Assembly (NCBI RefSeq): GCF_000039765.1
Contig: NC_004459.3
Span: forward strand, 1,260,001-1,292,000
DNA: 32,000 nucleotides
Reading direction: 5' to 3'
From: Vibrio vulnificus CMCP6
GTDB taxonomy: Bacteria > Pseudomonadota > Gammaproteobacteria > Enterobacterales > Vibrionaceae
Shown in pieces: positions 1-11,110 of the stretch (positions are counted from its first letter, which is position 1; each line of letters begins with the position of its first letter). The notes beneath the pieces were generated by a model. That model saw only the letters and a program-made list of their open reading frames with translations, searched no databases and was not told the DNA's origin. The translations under genes were made by a program, and so were the position numbers.

Positions 1-16
1 GATTGAGGTTCACACC

Positions 17-1180
17 TCAACGGACCAGCCAGTTACGCGGGTTTTGCGCTTCACTATTGCGGCGAATTTCGAAGTAAAGTGAAGCTCGATCTTGCCCGCC
101 CGTGTCGCCAGCAAGGGCGATCACTTCGCCAGCGGTGACTTTGTCGCCTTCTTTTTTCAACAAAGCCTGGTTGTAGCCATACAAGGTCATGTCGCCTTTG
201 CCGTGGTCTATCAACACCACGAGGCCATAGCCTCTTAAATACTCAGCAAATACCACCGTACCAGGGTAAACCGACTTGACTTGTTCACCATAGCGAGCTG
301 CGATAACAATGCCTTTCCAGTTGATTTGTCCCGTCTGTTTGGTTCCGAATTGGTGCAGTATTGAGCCTTTTAATGGCCAAGGGAGCTTCCCGGCTTGTTT
401 GGCCAAACCGTCCATAGGAATGGCATTGCGTTTAGCCGCTTTAGCAATTTCTGCTTTCAGACGAGTTTCATTACGCTGCAGCTCTGCGAGGTAGTTTTTG
501 TCGCTGGAAATACTTTGTTTGATGTTACCGAGTGTCTTTTTACGCTGGCCTTGAGTTTTCGCCAGTTGTTCGTGTTTCGTCGATTGTTGCTTGAGTAAAG
601 ATTCGATCTGACTTTGCTCATTCAGCAACTGCTGCTGACTTTGTTCAAGTTGTTTCTTGGTGGATTCTAACTCGTTGATGGTTTCCGCTCTCGCTTTGGC
701 GAGATGCTGGAAATATTGGCTAATGCGATCTTCTTCGACGCCCTGTTGCAGTAATGAGGCAGAGGCATTGGCTCTTTGGGTGACATAGTAGGTCTGGATG
801 AGGGTTTCTAAGCGTTCAGTTTGCGCTTTCTTTTGGCCTTCAAGTTCATCCATTTTGCGTTGCAACTGCCCCACATTCGCTTTTGCCGTGGCCAACGCTT
901 GCTTAGTTTGCTTAATCTCTTTCTCTAATTGCGCGATGCTTGTCTCTTGGCTGCGCAGCGATTTTTGCAACTCGTCGAGCTGCTTCTCTTGATTCGATAA
1001 GGCTTTTTGCTGGCGAGAAATTTCATTTTTGACCCCTTGTAGCTCACTTGGACTCGCCCCATTGGTCGGGAAGCTCAGAACAGTAAGAAGAACGCAGGTG
1101 GAAAGGAAAAAAAAGCCTGATTTGTTGGTTTTCTGTTTTGCCACGTACGTTCTTTCCTGAGCTATCAATGAAATAAGCAT
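17..1180 (-). CDS. envC: EnvC-like murein hydrolase activator: coiled coil plus degenerate LytM/M23 domain
   Basis: 387-aa ORF with an N-terminal hydrophobic segment, a long Q/K/E-rich coiled coil, and a C-terminal M23-like fold (GTVVFAEYLRGYGLVVLIDHGKGDMTLYGYNQ...SLYFEIRRN) lacking the canonical zinc ligands. Confidence 0.85.
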   Translation of the reverse strand: MLISLIAQERTYVAKQKTNKSGFFFLSTCVLLTVLSFPTNGASPSELQGVKNEISRQQKALSNQEKQLDELQKSLRSQETSIAQLEKEIKQTKQALATAKANVGQLQRKMDELEGQKKAQTERLETLIQTYYVTQRANASASLLQQGVEEDRISQYFQHLAKARAETINELESTKKQLEQSQQQLLNEQSQIESLLKQQSTKHEQLAKTQGQRKKTLGNIKQSISSDKNYLAELQRNETRLKAEIAKAAKRNAIPMDGLAKQAGKLPWPLKGSILHQFGTKQTGQINWKGIVIAARYGEQVKSVYPGTVVFAEYLRGYGLVVLIDHGKGDMTLYGYNQALLKKEGDKVTAGEVIALAGDTGGQDRASLYFEIRRNSEAQNPRNWLVR

Positions 1181-1200
1181 TGCGCTTGTTAGGCGCGCTG

Positions 1201-2022
1201 TTAGATGCCGTCACCGTCAATGAAGTTAGGGTATTTCCCGTTAAAGCCTTGATCCATATCGAGAGAAGGCTTGTCGGATTGCGGTCTCCCTACAATTCGT
1301 GCGGGTACACCAGCGACGGTAGTATGCGGTGGAACGGGTTGAAGTACAACGGAGCAGGAGCCAATTTTTGCACCTTCTCCAACTTCGATATTGCCAAGGA
1401 TTTTTGCCCCAGCTCCGATCATCACCCCTTCGCGGATCTTAGGATGTCGGTCGCCGCACTCTTTACCAGTACCACCTAACGTCACGTCTTGCAGGATGGA
1501 TACATCATTTTCGACGACAGCGGTTTCCCCGATCACGATACCTGTTGCGTGATCCAGCATGATGCCTTTGCCGATACGAGCCGCAGGGTGAATATCCACT
1601 TGGCATGCCACCGAGATTTGATTTTGCAGATAGGTCGCCAGCGCGTAGCGGCCTTGTTTCCACAACCAATTTGCCACGCGATAGCCTTGCAAGGCATGGT
1701 AACCCTTTAGGTAAAGCAGTGGGATAGAATACATAGAAACAGCCGGGTCACGATTCACCGTCGCACAGATATCGCAGGCGGCAGAATCGGTGATGTTAGG
1801 GTCAGCCGCAAAGGCTTCTTCAACCACTTCACGCACTGCCATCGCCGGCATGGAGGCTGTGTTCAGCTTATTGGCTAAAATGTAGCTCAACGCAGCACAC
1901 AAGCTTTCATGCTTGATGATGGTGGCGTGATAAAAACTGGCAAGCATCGGCTCTTGCTCCGATAGCTCACGGGCTTCTTTGACAATGCTCTGCCAGACTT
2001 TTTGTTTTTCACAGTGTTTCAT
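1201..2022 (-). CDS. cysE: Serine O-acetyltransferase
   Basis: 273 aa; left-handed beta-helix hexapeptide repeats (HPAARIGKGIMLDHATGIVIGETAVVENDVSILQDVTLGGTGKECGDRHPKI). Confidence 0.95.
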   Translation of the reverse strand: MKHCEKQKVWQSIVKEARELSEQEPMLASFYHATIIKHESLCAALSYILANKLNTASMPAMAVREVVEEAFAADPNITDSAACDICATVNRDPAVSMYSIPLLYLKGYHALQGYRVANWLWKQGRYALATYLQNQISVACQVDIHPAARIGKGIMLDHATGIVIGETAVVENDVSILQDVTLGGTGKECGDRHPKIREGVMIGAGAKILGNIEVGEGAKIGSCSVVLQPVPPHTTVAGVPARIVGRPQSDKPSLDMDQGFNGKYPNFIDGDGI

Positions 2023-2061
2023 GGCGTATTCTCACTACTTTGGAATGGGGCCAAAGTGTCC

Positions 2062-3099
2062 TTATTTTCCTTCGGATTTCTTATCGCGAGCCAGCAGATC
2101 TTGCGCTGCCAGGCGCGCATCCTTTCCTTGATATAATACTTGATAGATTTGGTCAACAATAGGCATCTCAACGCCCATACGTTGTGCCAGCATCCACACC
2201 TCTTTGGTGTTGCGGTAGCCTTCGACCACTTGGCCAATATCCGCTTGCGCCGTATCGACGTCTTTTCCTTGCCCAAGTGCAAGACCAAAGCGGCGGTTAC
2301 GTGATTGGTTGTCGGTACACGTCAGCACCAGATCGCCCAAACCTGCCATGCCCATAAAGGTTTCTGGTTGTGCTCCAAGCGCAGCCCCCAAACGACACAT
2401 TTCCGCCAAACCACGAGTGATTAATGCGGTACGAGCATTGGCACCGAAGCCAATTCCGTCAGACATCCCTGCACCAATGGCGATGACGTTTTTCACCGCG
2501 CCACCGAGTTGCATGCCAGTGAAATCACTGTTGGCATAAACACGGAAGGTTTTGCTGCAGTGGATTTTTTCCTGTAGGTCTGCGACAAACTGCGCATCTG
2601 GTGAGGCGACTGAAATCGCAGTTGGCATGCCTGCAGCCAGCTCTTTGGCAAAGGTTGGGCCTGACAACACGGCCAACGAGTAGTGTTCACCCAGTACATC
2701 AAACGCGACGTCTTTTAGAAGGCGACCGGTTTCAGGTTCAAGACCTTTGGTGGCCCAGCAGATACGAGAATCATCACGCAGATAGGGTTTTAAGCTATTG
2801 AGCACAATACCAAACACATGGCTTGGTACGACAACCAACAGATCTCGGCTCGCTTGCACGGCTTTTGCTAAATCGGATTCCACAATCAGGCTCGGTGGGA
2901 ACTCAATACCGGGCAGGAATTCGTGGTTTGCGCGATCCGCCTCGAGCTTAGCCATATGCTCTGGTTCATGTCCCCAAAGGACAACGTTGGCACCGTTACG
3001 TGAAAGTGAGATTGCTAATGATGTGCCGTACGAACCTGCGCCGATCACAGTCATTGAAATCTCTTTGCCGTAGGCGTTATTAACCAGTGTTTGAGTCAT
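2062..3099 (-). CDS. gpsA: NAD(P)H-dependent glycerol-3-phosphate dehydrogenase
   Basis: 345 aa; Rossmann motif [10 protein letters not shown], plus [17 protein letters not shown] and [28 protein letters not shown]. Confidence 0.96.
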   Translation of the reverse strand: MTQTLVNNAYGKEISMTVIGAGSYGTSLAISLSRNGANVVLWGHEPEHMAKLEADRANHEFLPGIEFPPSLIVESDLAKAVQASRDLLVVVPSHVFGIVLNSLKPYLRDDSRICWATKGLEPETGRLLKDVAFDVLGEHYSLAVLSGPTFAKELAAGMPTAISVASPDAQFVADLQEKIHCSKTFRVYANSDFTGMQLGGAVKNVIAIGAGMSDGIGFGANARTALITRGLAEMCRLGAALGAQPETFMGMAGLGDLVLTCTDNQSRNRRFGLALGQGKDVDTAQADIGQVVEGYRNTKEVWMLAQRMGVEMPIVDQIYQVLYQGKDARLAAQDLLARDKKSEGK

Positions 3100-3282
3100 G
3101 CGTTTACCTGATGGTTGGTTTCATGATGATTGGCAGAGTATACCCTCATTAAAGCGAGCTTGGGTATCGCTTACCTAAGTTAGATCCAATAAAAAATGCA
3201 CATAACATCGTGTTTTAGGATGCATGTGCATTTCTTTTAATGCCTTTCACTGTGGCCAGTGAGAGGGGAATTCCATACGGAA

Positions 3283-3750
3283 TTAAGCTTGTTCTGCACC
3301 TTGTTGTGCAGCTTGCTGTTGTAGGTAGTTCATGAACAGCGCATCAAAGTTTACTGGCGCTAGGTTCAGTTGAGGGAACGTACCTTTCACCACTAGGCTT
3401 GAAATGGTTTCACGCGCATATGGGAATAGGATGTTTGGACAGAATGCACCTAGGCAGTGAGCCAATTGACCTGCTTCCATCTTCTCTGCTGTGAAGATAC
3501 CGCCTTGTTGCACTTCACATAGGAATGCCGTTTCTTCTGCGTTTTTCACGGTGACCGTCAAACGTAGAATGACTTCGTAAACGCCTTCACCTAGCTCACG
3601 GCTTTGCGTATCTAGATCCAGTTTCACATCTGGGTTCCACTCTTTTTGGAACATGACTGGTGAGTTTGGCGCTTCGAAAGAAACATCTTTTAGGAAGATA
3701 CGTTGGATAGCAAAGTGTTGTTGGGTATCTTGTGGTGCTGCTTCAGCCAT
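3283..3750 (-). CDS. secB: Protein-export chaperone SecB
   Basis: [31 protein letters not shown]... [36 protein letters not shown]. The start is placed at the internal Met (cat at 3748-3750) rather than the track start at 3765. Confidence 0.96.
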   Translation of the reverse strand: MAEAAPQDTQQHFAIQRIFLKDVSFEAPNSPVMFQKEWNPDVKLDLDTQSRELGEGVYEVILRLTVTVKNAEETAFLCEVQQGGIFTAEKMEAGQLAHCLGAFCPNILFPYARETISSLVVKGTFPQLNLAPVNFDALFMNYLQQQAAQQGAEQA

Positions 3751-3933
3751 TTTTAAATCCTTCAATATTCGTTAAATCAGACTTGTCGCTTCAAGCCTTG
3801 AATGTGTCTGCCCTGAGACTAACCGAGCCATTCATCAATGACCAGATCAACCCGTCATTACGTGCCAAGTATCACAACTTAGATGATTAACTGCTTTGAT
3901 AATAACCAGTTATCTGACGGGTTTTAGTGGGGA

Positions 3934-4368
3934 TTAACGTTTGCTACGTACCAAAGGTAAGTTTGCTTCGCTCCACGAAATCAGACCGTTTTTCAATACG
4001 CTGACGTTTTCAAAACCCGCTTTAGCCAACAGGTTAGCGCTTTCTTGCGCGGTTTGGCCTGTTTTGCATACTACGATGATTGGGTCAGATTTACGGTTTT
4101 CAAGGCTACCGAAGTTACCGTTCTTGATGTCTGATGGCAAAATGTGAACTGCGTCGGTGATGTGACCTTTTCTGAACTCGTCTTTCGCACGAATATCGAT
4201 CACTTGGCCGTTTTCACGGTTTACCAATGCGGTAAGTTCGTTGACAGTAATGATCTTGTACGCGGCGGTAGCCGATTTCACGAAGCTCATTATCACGGCG
4301 ATCACTAGGCCAACCCATGCCAAAAACATGATCATATTTTGCTGAATAAAGTCGATGTACTCTTGCAT
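3934..4368 (-). CDS. Rhodanese-like domain protein, membrane anchored (YibN type)
   Basis: N-terminal TM segment (MIMFLAWVGLVIAVIMSFV), rhodanese active-site loop VVCKTGQTAQESA. The start is placed at MQEYIDFIQ (cat at 4366-4368). Confidence 0.88.
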   Translation of the reverse strand: MQEYIDFIQQNMIMFLAWVGLVIAVIMSFVKSATAAYKIITVNELTALVNRENGQVIDIRAKDEFRKGHITDAVHILPSDIKNGNFGSLENRKSDPIIVVCKTGQTAQESANLLAKAGFENVSVLKNGLISWSEANLPLVRSKR

Positions 4369-4782
4369 CTTGTTTGCTCTCGAACCATAAGCGGAAAAAT
4401 AAAGTGGCAAGGAGTATAACGAGGTTAGTCGCGAGTGGCGAGTGAGTTAAAACTTTCTAACCAATAAATGGGATCTTATCTCGCCTCATGTCGGTTTGGG
4501 CTATCGAAGTGATTGGCGATATCGACTTTAGAAAAGAGTCGAAGTGGTGGATTATAATGGCAATGAAATCTTTCTGCCCAAGCGAAACTATAATTGGTGG
4601 TTGGTTAAGCGCCTTTTTCTTTATGGCCTGTAAGAATACAACGGGGGTTCGCCAACATAATTTGATCTTATCCTACAGTTTTGCTTAAAAAGTGTAGTAA
4701 AATTACGCTAGTTTTGTTTCAAGGCAAACAGGGAATGAGCCCTAAGTGCCGAAAGTTACTGAAATTTGACGAGGTCATCACT

Positions 4783-6315
4783 ATGTCTGCTAAGAAGCCT
4801 TTGGCTCTAGTTATCCTTGACGGTTACGGTTACCGTGAAGACACAGCAAGCAACGCTATCGCAAACGCAAAAACCCCAGTTATGGACGCGCTGATTGCGA
4901 ATCAACCAAACACGCTTATCTCTGCTTCTGGCATGGATGTCGGTCTGCCTGACGGCCAAATGGGTAACTCTGAAGTGGGTCACACCAACATTGGCGCAGG
5001 TCGCGTGGTTTACCAAGATCTCACTCGTATCACGAAATCAATCCTAGATGGTGAATTCCAGCAAACGGCAGCGCTTGTTGAAGCGATTGACACTGCAGTG
5101 AAAGCGGAAAAAGCGGTTCACATCATGGGTCTGATGTCTCCTGGTGGTGTTCACTCACACGAAGACCACATTCTTGCTGCGGTAGAAATGGCAGCAGAGC
5201 GTGGCGCTGAGAAGATTTACCTACACTGCTTCCTTGATGGTCGTGATACACCACCACGTAGTGCAGAAGGTTCTCTACAACGCTTCCAAGATCTATTCGC
5301 TAAGCTAGGTAAAGGCCGCGTGGCATCTTTGGTGGGTCGTTACTACGCCATGGACCGTGATAACAACTGGGATCGCGTTCAAGTGGCTTACGATCTTCTT
5401 ACTCAAGCGAAGGCAGACTTCACTTATGACTCAGCAGTAGCAGGTCTTGCTGCCGCGTATGAGCGTGGTGAAAACGATGAGTTCGTTAAAGCGACAGAAA
5501 TCAAAGCGGAAGGCCAAGAAAGTGCCGCAATGCAAGATGGCGATGCGGTGATCTTCATGAACTACCGTGCAGACCGTGCACGTCAAATCACCCGTACCTT
5601 CGTCGCTGATTTCGCTGGCTTTGAACGCGCAGTATTCCCTGCAGTGAACTTTGTGATGCTGACTCAATACGCAGCAGACATTCCTCTTGCTATCGCATTC
5701 CCACCTGCATCGCTAGAAAACACCTACGGTGAGTGGTTGTCTAAGCAGGGTCAAACGCAGCTACGTATTTCTGAAACTGAGAAATACGCACACGTGACTT
5801 TCTTCTTCAACGGTGGTGTGGAAACGGAATTTGCAGGTGAAGAGCGTCAGCTTGTCGCTTCTCCTAAAGTGGCGACTTACGACCTTCAACCAGAAATGAG
5901 CTCAACTGAGCTGACTGAGAAAATGGTTGCGGCGATTAAGTCTGGTAAGTACGACACCATTATCTGTAACTACCCGAATGCGGACATGGTTGGTCACACT
6001 GGTGTTTATGAAGCTGCAGAAAAAGCGATTGAAGCGCTGGATGCAAGCGTTGGCCAAGTGGTTGAAGCGATCAAAGAAGTGGGTGGTCAGCTATTGATCA
6101 CAGCAGACCACGGTAACGCAGAAATGATGGTTGACCCAGAAACCGGCGGTATCCACACAGCTCACACTAGCCTACCAGTACCACTTATCTATGTCGGTGA
6201 CAAAGCTGTTGAGTTCAAGGAAGGCGGTAAACTGTCTGACCTAGCACCAACTATGCTGTCTCTAGCGGGTCTAGAGATTCCAGCAGAGATGACTGGCCAA
6301 GTATTGGTTAAGTAA
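4783..6315 (+). CDS. gpmI: 2,3-bisphosphoglycerate-independent phosphoglycerate mutase
   Basis: [32 protein letters not shown]...[20 protein letters not shown]...[11 protein letters not shown]. The family start is ATG 4783; the track's extra 34 N-terminal residues are not family-like. Confidence 0.96.
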
Positions 6316-6335
6316 GCTTGCTAAACAGCTAAATG

Positions 6336-6364
6336 GAAGCCCGAGCATGACTCGGGCTTTTTTG
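6336..6364 (+). terminator. Rho-independent terminator after gpmI
   Basis: AAGCCCGAG-CATGA-CTCGGGCTTTTTT, 20 nt after the gpmI stop codon. Confidence 0.85.
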
Positions 6365-6374
6365 TCTCTGTGCG

Positions 6375-7262
6375 TCACTGAACTAAGATGGCTGTCCCCG
6401 CCACTGCGACGAAGGCACCAAGCCACGCGTAACGATTGGGGCGTTGTTTGGTGTAGATCCACAGTATTGGCAATAACATGATTGGGGTTGTCGAGGAGAG
6501 CAAGGCGACCATTCCGACATTCCCATCGCGCAAAGCGTACAGGATCAACGTCATGCCCACCGCCATGGCGAGAAAGCCGTTAATGGCGGTAATGGTAAAG
6601 ATACGCCCATTCATTTTTTGTGTTGCCCGAGAAATTTTTGCGCCAGTGGCTCGTAGGAGGCAATGTGCCACAAAAGCGCTGATCATACGAATCGCTGATG
6701 CTGCGACAGGATCGATGTCAGTCTGCATCACTGGCTTGGCAATAATGCCCCCTAGTGCTTGGCATAGAGCCGCCAGTAACCCCAAGGCGATGCCGATCCA
6801 AGCTGCACCTTTGACGGTTTCCAGTGCATTCTGACTTTGTCCACGTCGGCCAAAAAAGATCGCCAGAACAACGCCGGAAAACACCAGCAGCGATCCGAGT
6901 AGCTCCATTGACGTCATACTTTCGCTAAATAGAAAGTAACCGAGAATGGCGGAAAAGACGGCATGGCAAGAGAAGAGCAAGCCCGCTTGGCGAGGTCCCA
7001 TACGATTTAAGCAAGCAAATAGCGCGGTATCGCCAATAAAGATGCCAATTAAGCCTGAAAACATCATGGGCGTGATGTGCTCTGCCATGACACTCGACCA
7101 GCCTCCGGTAAACAGAGCCATACTGGAGAGCATGACCGCCGTGCATCCCATTCGCCAACGACTGTAAGCAAACGACCCCAAATGCTGAGCCGGCGTGACC
7201 GAAAGTAAACTGGCGATCGCCCACAGTAGTGCTGCGGCCAGTGCAAGCCATTCAAATCCCAT
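6375..7262 (-). CDS. DMT superfamily (EamA-type) permease
   Basis: 295 aa with ~10 hydrophobic segments in two EamA-like halves. Reading the reverse complement from 7262 gives ATG GGA TTT GAA TGG = MGFEW, and the TGA stop is at 6375-6377. Confidence 0.8.
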   Translation of the reverse strand: MGFEWLALAAALLWAIASLLSVTPAQHLGSFAYSRWRMGCTAVMLSSMALFTGGWSSVMAEHITPMMFSGLIGIFIGDTALFACLNRMGPRQAGLLFSCHAVFSAILGYFLFSESMTSMELLGSLLVFSGVVLAIFFGRRGQSQNALETVKGAAWIGIALGLLAALCQALGGIIAKPVMQTDIDPVAASAIRMISAFVAHCLLRATGAKISRATQKMNGRIFTITAINGFLAMAVGMTLILYALRDGNVGMVALLSSTTPIMLLPILWIYTKQRPNRYAWLGAFVAVAGTAILVQ

Positions 7263-7378
7263 TGATTGTGTGATCCCTAATTGAAGAGATCGACAATATG
7301 CCTCAAGTTATCATCTTGGCAAAGCACAGACGTGACTTTCTCCGCCTTGTGGTCGTGCTTTCTCATTATCCTCTCTCA

Positions 7379-8794
7379 TTAAGCGAGAATCAAAACGGCC
7401 CCATAGACGATGGCTAAGCCAATCACACCGATCAGCAAGCCGACTTTGGCCATGTCTTTGCTCTCGATTAGGCCGGTAGAGTAGGCGAGCGAGTTGGGAG
7501 GCGTTGATACAGGAAGAATCATCCCGAGCGAGGCTGAGAATGCCACCACCACCAGCAAGCCTTGTAAGCCTCCGACGGCTTCTAAACTGCTCATTGAGGT
7601 ACCGATGGCGGCCGCGATTGGCATCAACAAGTTGGCGGTCGCGGTATTGGACATAAAGTTCGCCATAAGCCAGCAGACTAAGGAGAGCGATACGATGATG
7701 GCAAAAGGCGACAAAGCTTCATAATTGATGGCATGCGCTAAGGCTTTCGCCAGCCCGGTTTTTTCCAAGCCGATACCAATGGCAATCCCCCCCGCGACCA
7801 GCCAAAGTACGTCCCAGTTGATCAGCTTGAGTTCTTCTTTGCCCATAATGCCCGTCAATGTAAACACTGCCAGCGGAATGATGGCCACTACATAGGTATT
7901 CATGCCGTGCAATTGCGTGGTCATCCATAGCAAAATCGTGGCGGCAAAGGTGATATACACCACCACGGCACGCCAGCTTTTCTTGAACTTGCCGTCTAAT
8001 TTCAGCGTCATTTTCGCTTCGCTAGAAGGAAAGAGTTTCTGCAATAAAAGCCAAGCAATGGTCAACTGAACAAGAACAAAGGGTAAACCCATTGCCATCC
8101 AGCTGAGAAAGTCGATGCTGTTTTCTCCAGTTAAATATTGCAACGCAATGGCGTTGGGCGGGGTACCAATCGGGGTCGCAATACCACCCGTGTTCGCCGC
8201 AATTGGGATGCACAATACTAGCGCTTTAATGCCCAAATCGCCTTTCGGTGCCGAGGCAACGATGGGCCCCAATAACGCCAGCATCATGACCGTAGTCGCG
8301 GTATTGGACATAAACATCGAAAACACGGCGGTAATCAGCATCAATCCCAACATAATAAATTTGGGTTGCTGGCCAAAAGGCTTGAGCAGTACCCGAGCGA
8401 GGTTGTTATCTAACTCGTATTTTGATGCGGCAATGGCGAGTGCAAATCCGCCCATGAAAAGGATGATGATTGGCGAGGAAAACGCAGAAAAAATGTCGGT
8501 ATAACCAATCAACTCACCGAGATCGTGTCCGGCGGGCGGGGTACGGAACAGGTGTAATCCTTTATCGGAAATCATGATCAGCTCGAGAGCGATGATCAGA
8601 ATTGAAGTGGCAAAAACGGGCACGGGCTCTAAAACCCAAAGTAAGGCTGCAAGTAGAAAGATGGCCAGTAGTCGATGTTGAATGAGCGTCAAATCATCGA
8701 TAGGAATCGCATCGATGGGCATTAACAAAATGCCGATAGGGAGCGCAAAACAAACCAGCAGCTTCCATACCACAGTCATGTTCAATTTCTGCAT
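7379..8794 (-). CDS. SLC13/DASS family sodium-coupled anion symporter
   Basis: 471 aa; duplicated SNT motifs (MFMSNTATTVMML and LMANFMSNTATANLLMP) and TPIGTPPNAIA / LPVSTPPNSLAY loops typical of the DASS/INDY family. Confidence 0.88.
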   Translation of the reverse strand: MQKLNMTVVWKLLVCFALPIGILLMPIDAIPIDDLTLIQHRLLAIFLLAALLWVLEPVPVFATSILIIALELIMISDKGLHLFRTPPAGHDLGELIGYTDIFSAFSSPIIILFMGGFALAIAASKYELDNNLARVLLKPFGQQPKFIMLGLMLITAVFSMFMSNTATTVMMLALLGPIVASAPKGDLGIKALVLCIPIAANTGGIATPIGTPPNAIALQYLTGENSIDFLSWMAMGLPFVLVQLTIAWLLLQKLFPSSEAKMTLKLDGKFKKSWRAVVVYITFAATILLWMTTQLHGMNTYVVAIIPLAVFTLTGIMGKEELKLINWDVLWLVAGGIAIGIGLEKTGLAKALAHAINYEALSPFAIIVSLSLVCWLMANFMSNTATANLLMPIAAAIGTSMSSLEAVGGLQGLLVVVAFSASLGMILPVSTPPNSLAYSTGLIESKDMAKVGLLIGVIGLAIVYGAVLILA

Positions 8795-8916
8795 TCATCA
8801 CACCTCAAGATTTCACGTGAAAACTTAGGTTAATTCATTGTGCAAAGAACATCTTAGAGGCGGGTTGAAGTTTCTGAATTCCGTTGATTTTTTATGAAGA
8901 GTTTTGTTTTTCGTCA

Positions 8917-8944
8917 AGAAAAAGCCCCAACGGTTGTTGGGGCT
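8917..8944 (-). terminator. Rho-independent terminator after psd
   Basis: On the minus strand: AGCCCCAA-CAACCG-TTGGGGCTTTTTCTTG. 8-bp GC-rich stem plus T tract, just downstream of the psd stop. Confidence 0.85.
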
Positions 8945-8954
8945 AAAAATAAAC

Positions 8955-9812
8955 TTATTGCTGGTGGGCGTATGGGGTGCCCATTACCGTTGGTTGGCCA
9001 TTGGCCATCGACTCATCAAAGCGAATCGCGTCTTTGGCAAAAAGGTTAATGACGGTTGATCCGAGTTTGAAGCGACCCATTTCTTCGCCCTTCTTCAAGA
9101 TAACCGCATGGTTACCAGAAGCAGGATAATCCCATTTGTATACCGTATTGCCACGAGGTGGGGTAATGGTACCCGCCCATACTTGTTCAATACTGCCAAC
9201 AATGGTCGCACCAACAAGCACTTGAGCCATAGGACCAAACTCAGTATCAAAGATACACACCACGCGCTCATTGCGAGCAAATAGGTTGGGTACATTCTCT
9301 GCTGTCAGAGGATTCACCGAGAAAAGATCACCAGGAACGTAAATCATTTGGCGCAGAGTACCATCGCATGGCATGTGTACACGGTGGTAATCACGAGGTG
9401 ACAGATACAACGTCGCGAAGCTACCGTCTTTAAATTCTTCAGCAAGAGCAGCATCACCGCCTAACAGCTCTTGAGCGGAGAAGTCATGCCCTTTCGCTTG
9501 AATCAATTGGCCGTTGGTAATAGGGCCAAACTGGCTGACACAAGCATCCGCTGGGTGGGTAATGATCGCATCACCTTCAGCAATTGGACGTGCGCCTTCT
9601 TTTAGCTCACGCACAAAGAACTCATTGAACGTCTTGTAGTGTTTAGGATCGGCGTGTTTCGCTTCATCCATATTGACGTTGTACTGCTTGATAAACCAGC
9701 GAATGATCGCTGTGGTCAGGCTGCCTGCTTTGGCGGAAGCCAATTTACCCACTAGGCGAGTCAGGCCATGTTGTGGGATCCAGTACTGCAGTCCAACTTT
9801 AATCTTATCCAT
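8955..9812 (-). CDS. psd: Phosphatidylserine decarboxylase proenzyme
   Basis: 285 aa; [13 protein letters not shown], plus the LGST self-cleavage motif ([13 protein letters not shown]) that generates the pyruvoyl group. Confidence 0.97.
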   Translation of the reverse strand: MDKIKVGLQYWIPQHGLTRLVGKLASAKAGSLTTAIIRWFIKQYNVNMDEAKHADPKHYKTFNEFFVRELKEGARPIAEGDAIITHPADACVSQFGPITNGQLIQAKGHDFSAQELLGGDAALAEEFKDGSFATLYLSPRDYHRVHMPCDGTLRQMIYVPGDLFSVNPLTAENVPNLFARNERVVCIFDTEFGPMAQVLVGATIVGSIEQVWAGTITPPRGNTVYKWDYPASGNHAVILKKGEEMGRFKLGSTVINLFAKDAIRFDESMANGQPTVMGTPYAHQQ

Positions 9813-9920
9813 TATAAATACCGATGATGTCTGTTTGATTCTTGTTTCGGGCGCGTGATGTTACTGAAAATTATTCCACTTGTCAGTAATCGGTGACGAA
9901 AACTTACACAACAATACGCG

Positions 9921-10979
9921 TTATAAGTCCGCTTTCTTATTGCGCGAATATTGGCGATTGGCTTTGTTCTCCGCCATGCTTTCAATAATGCGATGGTAAT
10001 TATCGTAGCGTACTTCGCTGATCTCACCATTTTCTACAGCCTCACGAATGATACAGCCTGGATCATCCGCGTGCTTGCAATCTCGGAACTTGCAGCCACC
10101 CAAGTAAGGACGAAACTCAAGATAGGCTTTGGTGATTTCTTCTGGCTCCAAGTGCCAGAGCCCAAACTCACGAACCCCTGGAGAGTCGATCAAGTTACCA
10201 CCTGACGGAATGTGATAGAGGCGTGCTGCTGTTGTCGTATGTTGGCCCAAACCGGATAGCTCGGAGATTTCCCCTTCTTCGATATCCAGCTCAGGAATGA
10301 GCGCATTCACCAAGCTCGACTTACCCACGCCTGATTGTCCGACGAAGATATTGATGCGATCTTGCAATTGCGCTTCGAGCTCTGCAATGCCAGCGCCAGA
10401 GCGTTTGCTCACATAAAGGATCTTGTAGCCAATTTTCTCATAGTCAGCCAACCACTCACGATACGTAGCGAGCTCGGCTTCTTGCAACAAATCGATTTTG
10501 TTTAACACCAACAGCGGCTCGATACCAAGGGTCTCTGCCGCAATCAAGTAGCGATCAATGATATTGAGTGACAACTCTGGCAGCACCGATGAGACAATGA
10601 CCATTTGATCAATATTGGCCGCAACGGGTTTTAAACCATCGTAATAGTCAGGTCGAGTTAACACTGAAGTACGCGGCTCTACAGCTTCAACCACGCCTGA
10701 AATTCCGGCCATTGACTCTAAGCCTTTGCGCCAAATGACCTTGTCACCGGAAACCAGTGATTCAATACCTCGACGCAAATTACAGCGCTCAATCAGCCCG
10801 GTTTCGGCATCTTCAATATCTGCGTGTTGACCGAAACGTGTGATCACTAGCCCTCTACGGCTATCACCCAACATTGCTTCATCCCATTGAATGGTGTCGG
10901 CTTGTTTCTTCAGTCTTTTTTGTTGGTTGTCGCGTACACGACGTACTTGACCCTGAGTTAACTTCTTCTTTTTTGCCAC
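9921..10979 (-). CDS. rsgA: Ribosome small-subunit-dependent GTPase A (circularly permuted)
   Basis: 352 aa; G4 motif NKID lies before G1 [10 protein letters not shown] and G3 DSPG; C-terminal Cys/His zinc motif [14 protein letters not shown]. Confidence 0.96.
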
Positions 10980-11110
10980 GATATCTACTTTATTTGTTCG
11001 CTGATAACGAGCTAAGTATGACGACTTTCGCTACATTATCGAAGTATCTTGTTATTACTATTTTGAGGTATAGTACCTCTTTTAGCAGCAAACAAATAGG
11101 CAACTCATCT

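Noticed and set aside
4681-4782. 34-residue N-terminal extension of gpmI
   Set aside because: The family starts at [16 protein letters not shown], with a GAGG-like ribosome-binding sequence just upstream (gaggtcatcact-ATG).
6478-6834. 118-aa ORF on the plus strand, and similar ORFs opposite conserved genes (7494, 8115, 22314, 22585, 24646, 24994, 27185, 28644, 29139, 29550, 31433)
   Set aside because: Each lies fully or mostly antisense to a well-supported conserved gene and shows no recognisable domain; most likely codon-structure shadows.
9812-10030. 72-aa minus-strand ORF between psd and rsgA
   Set aside because: It runs over the end of rsgA in a different frame and contains basic low-complexity sequence without family features.
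10874-11110. 78-residue N-terminal extension of orn overlapping rsgA
   Set aside because: Oligoribonuclease homology starts at [17 protein letters not shown] (ATG 11111). The upstream part is antisense to rsgA's 5' end plus intergenic sequence.
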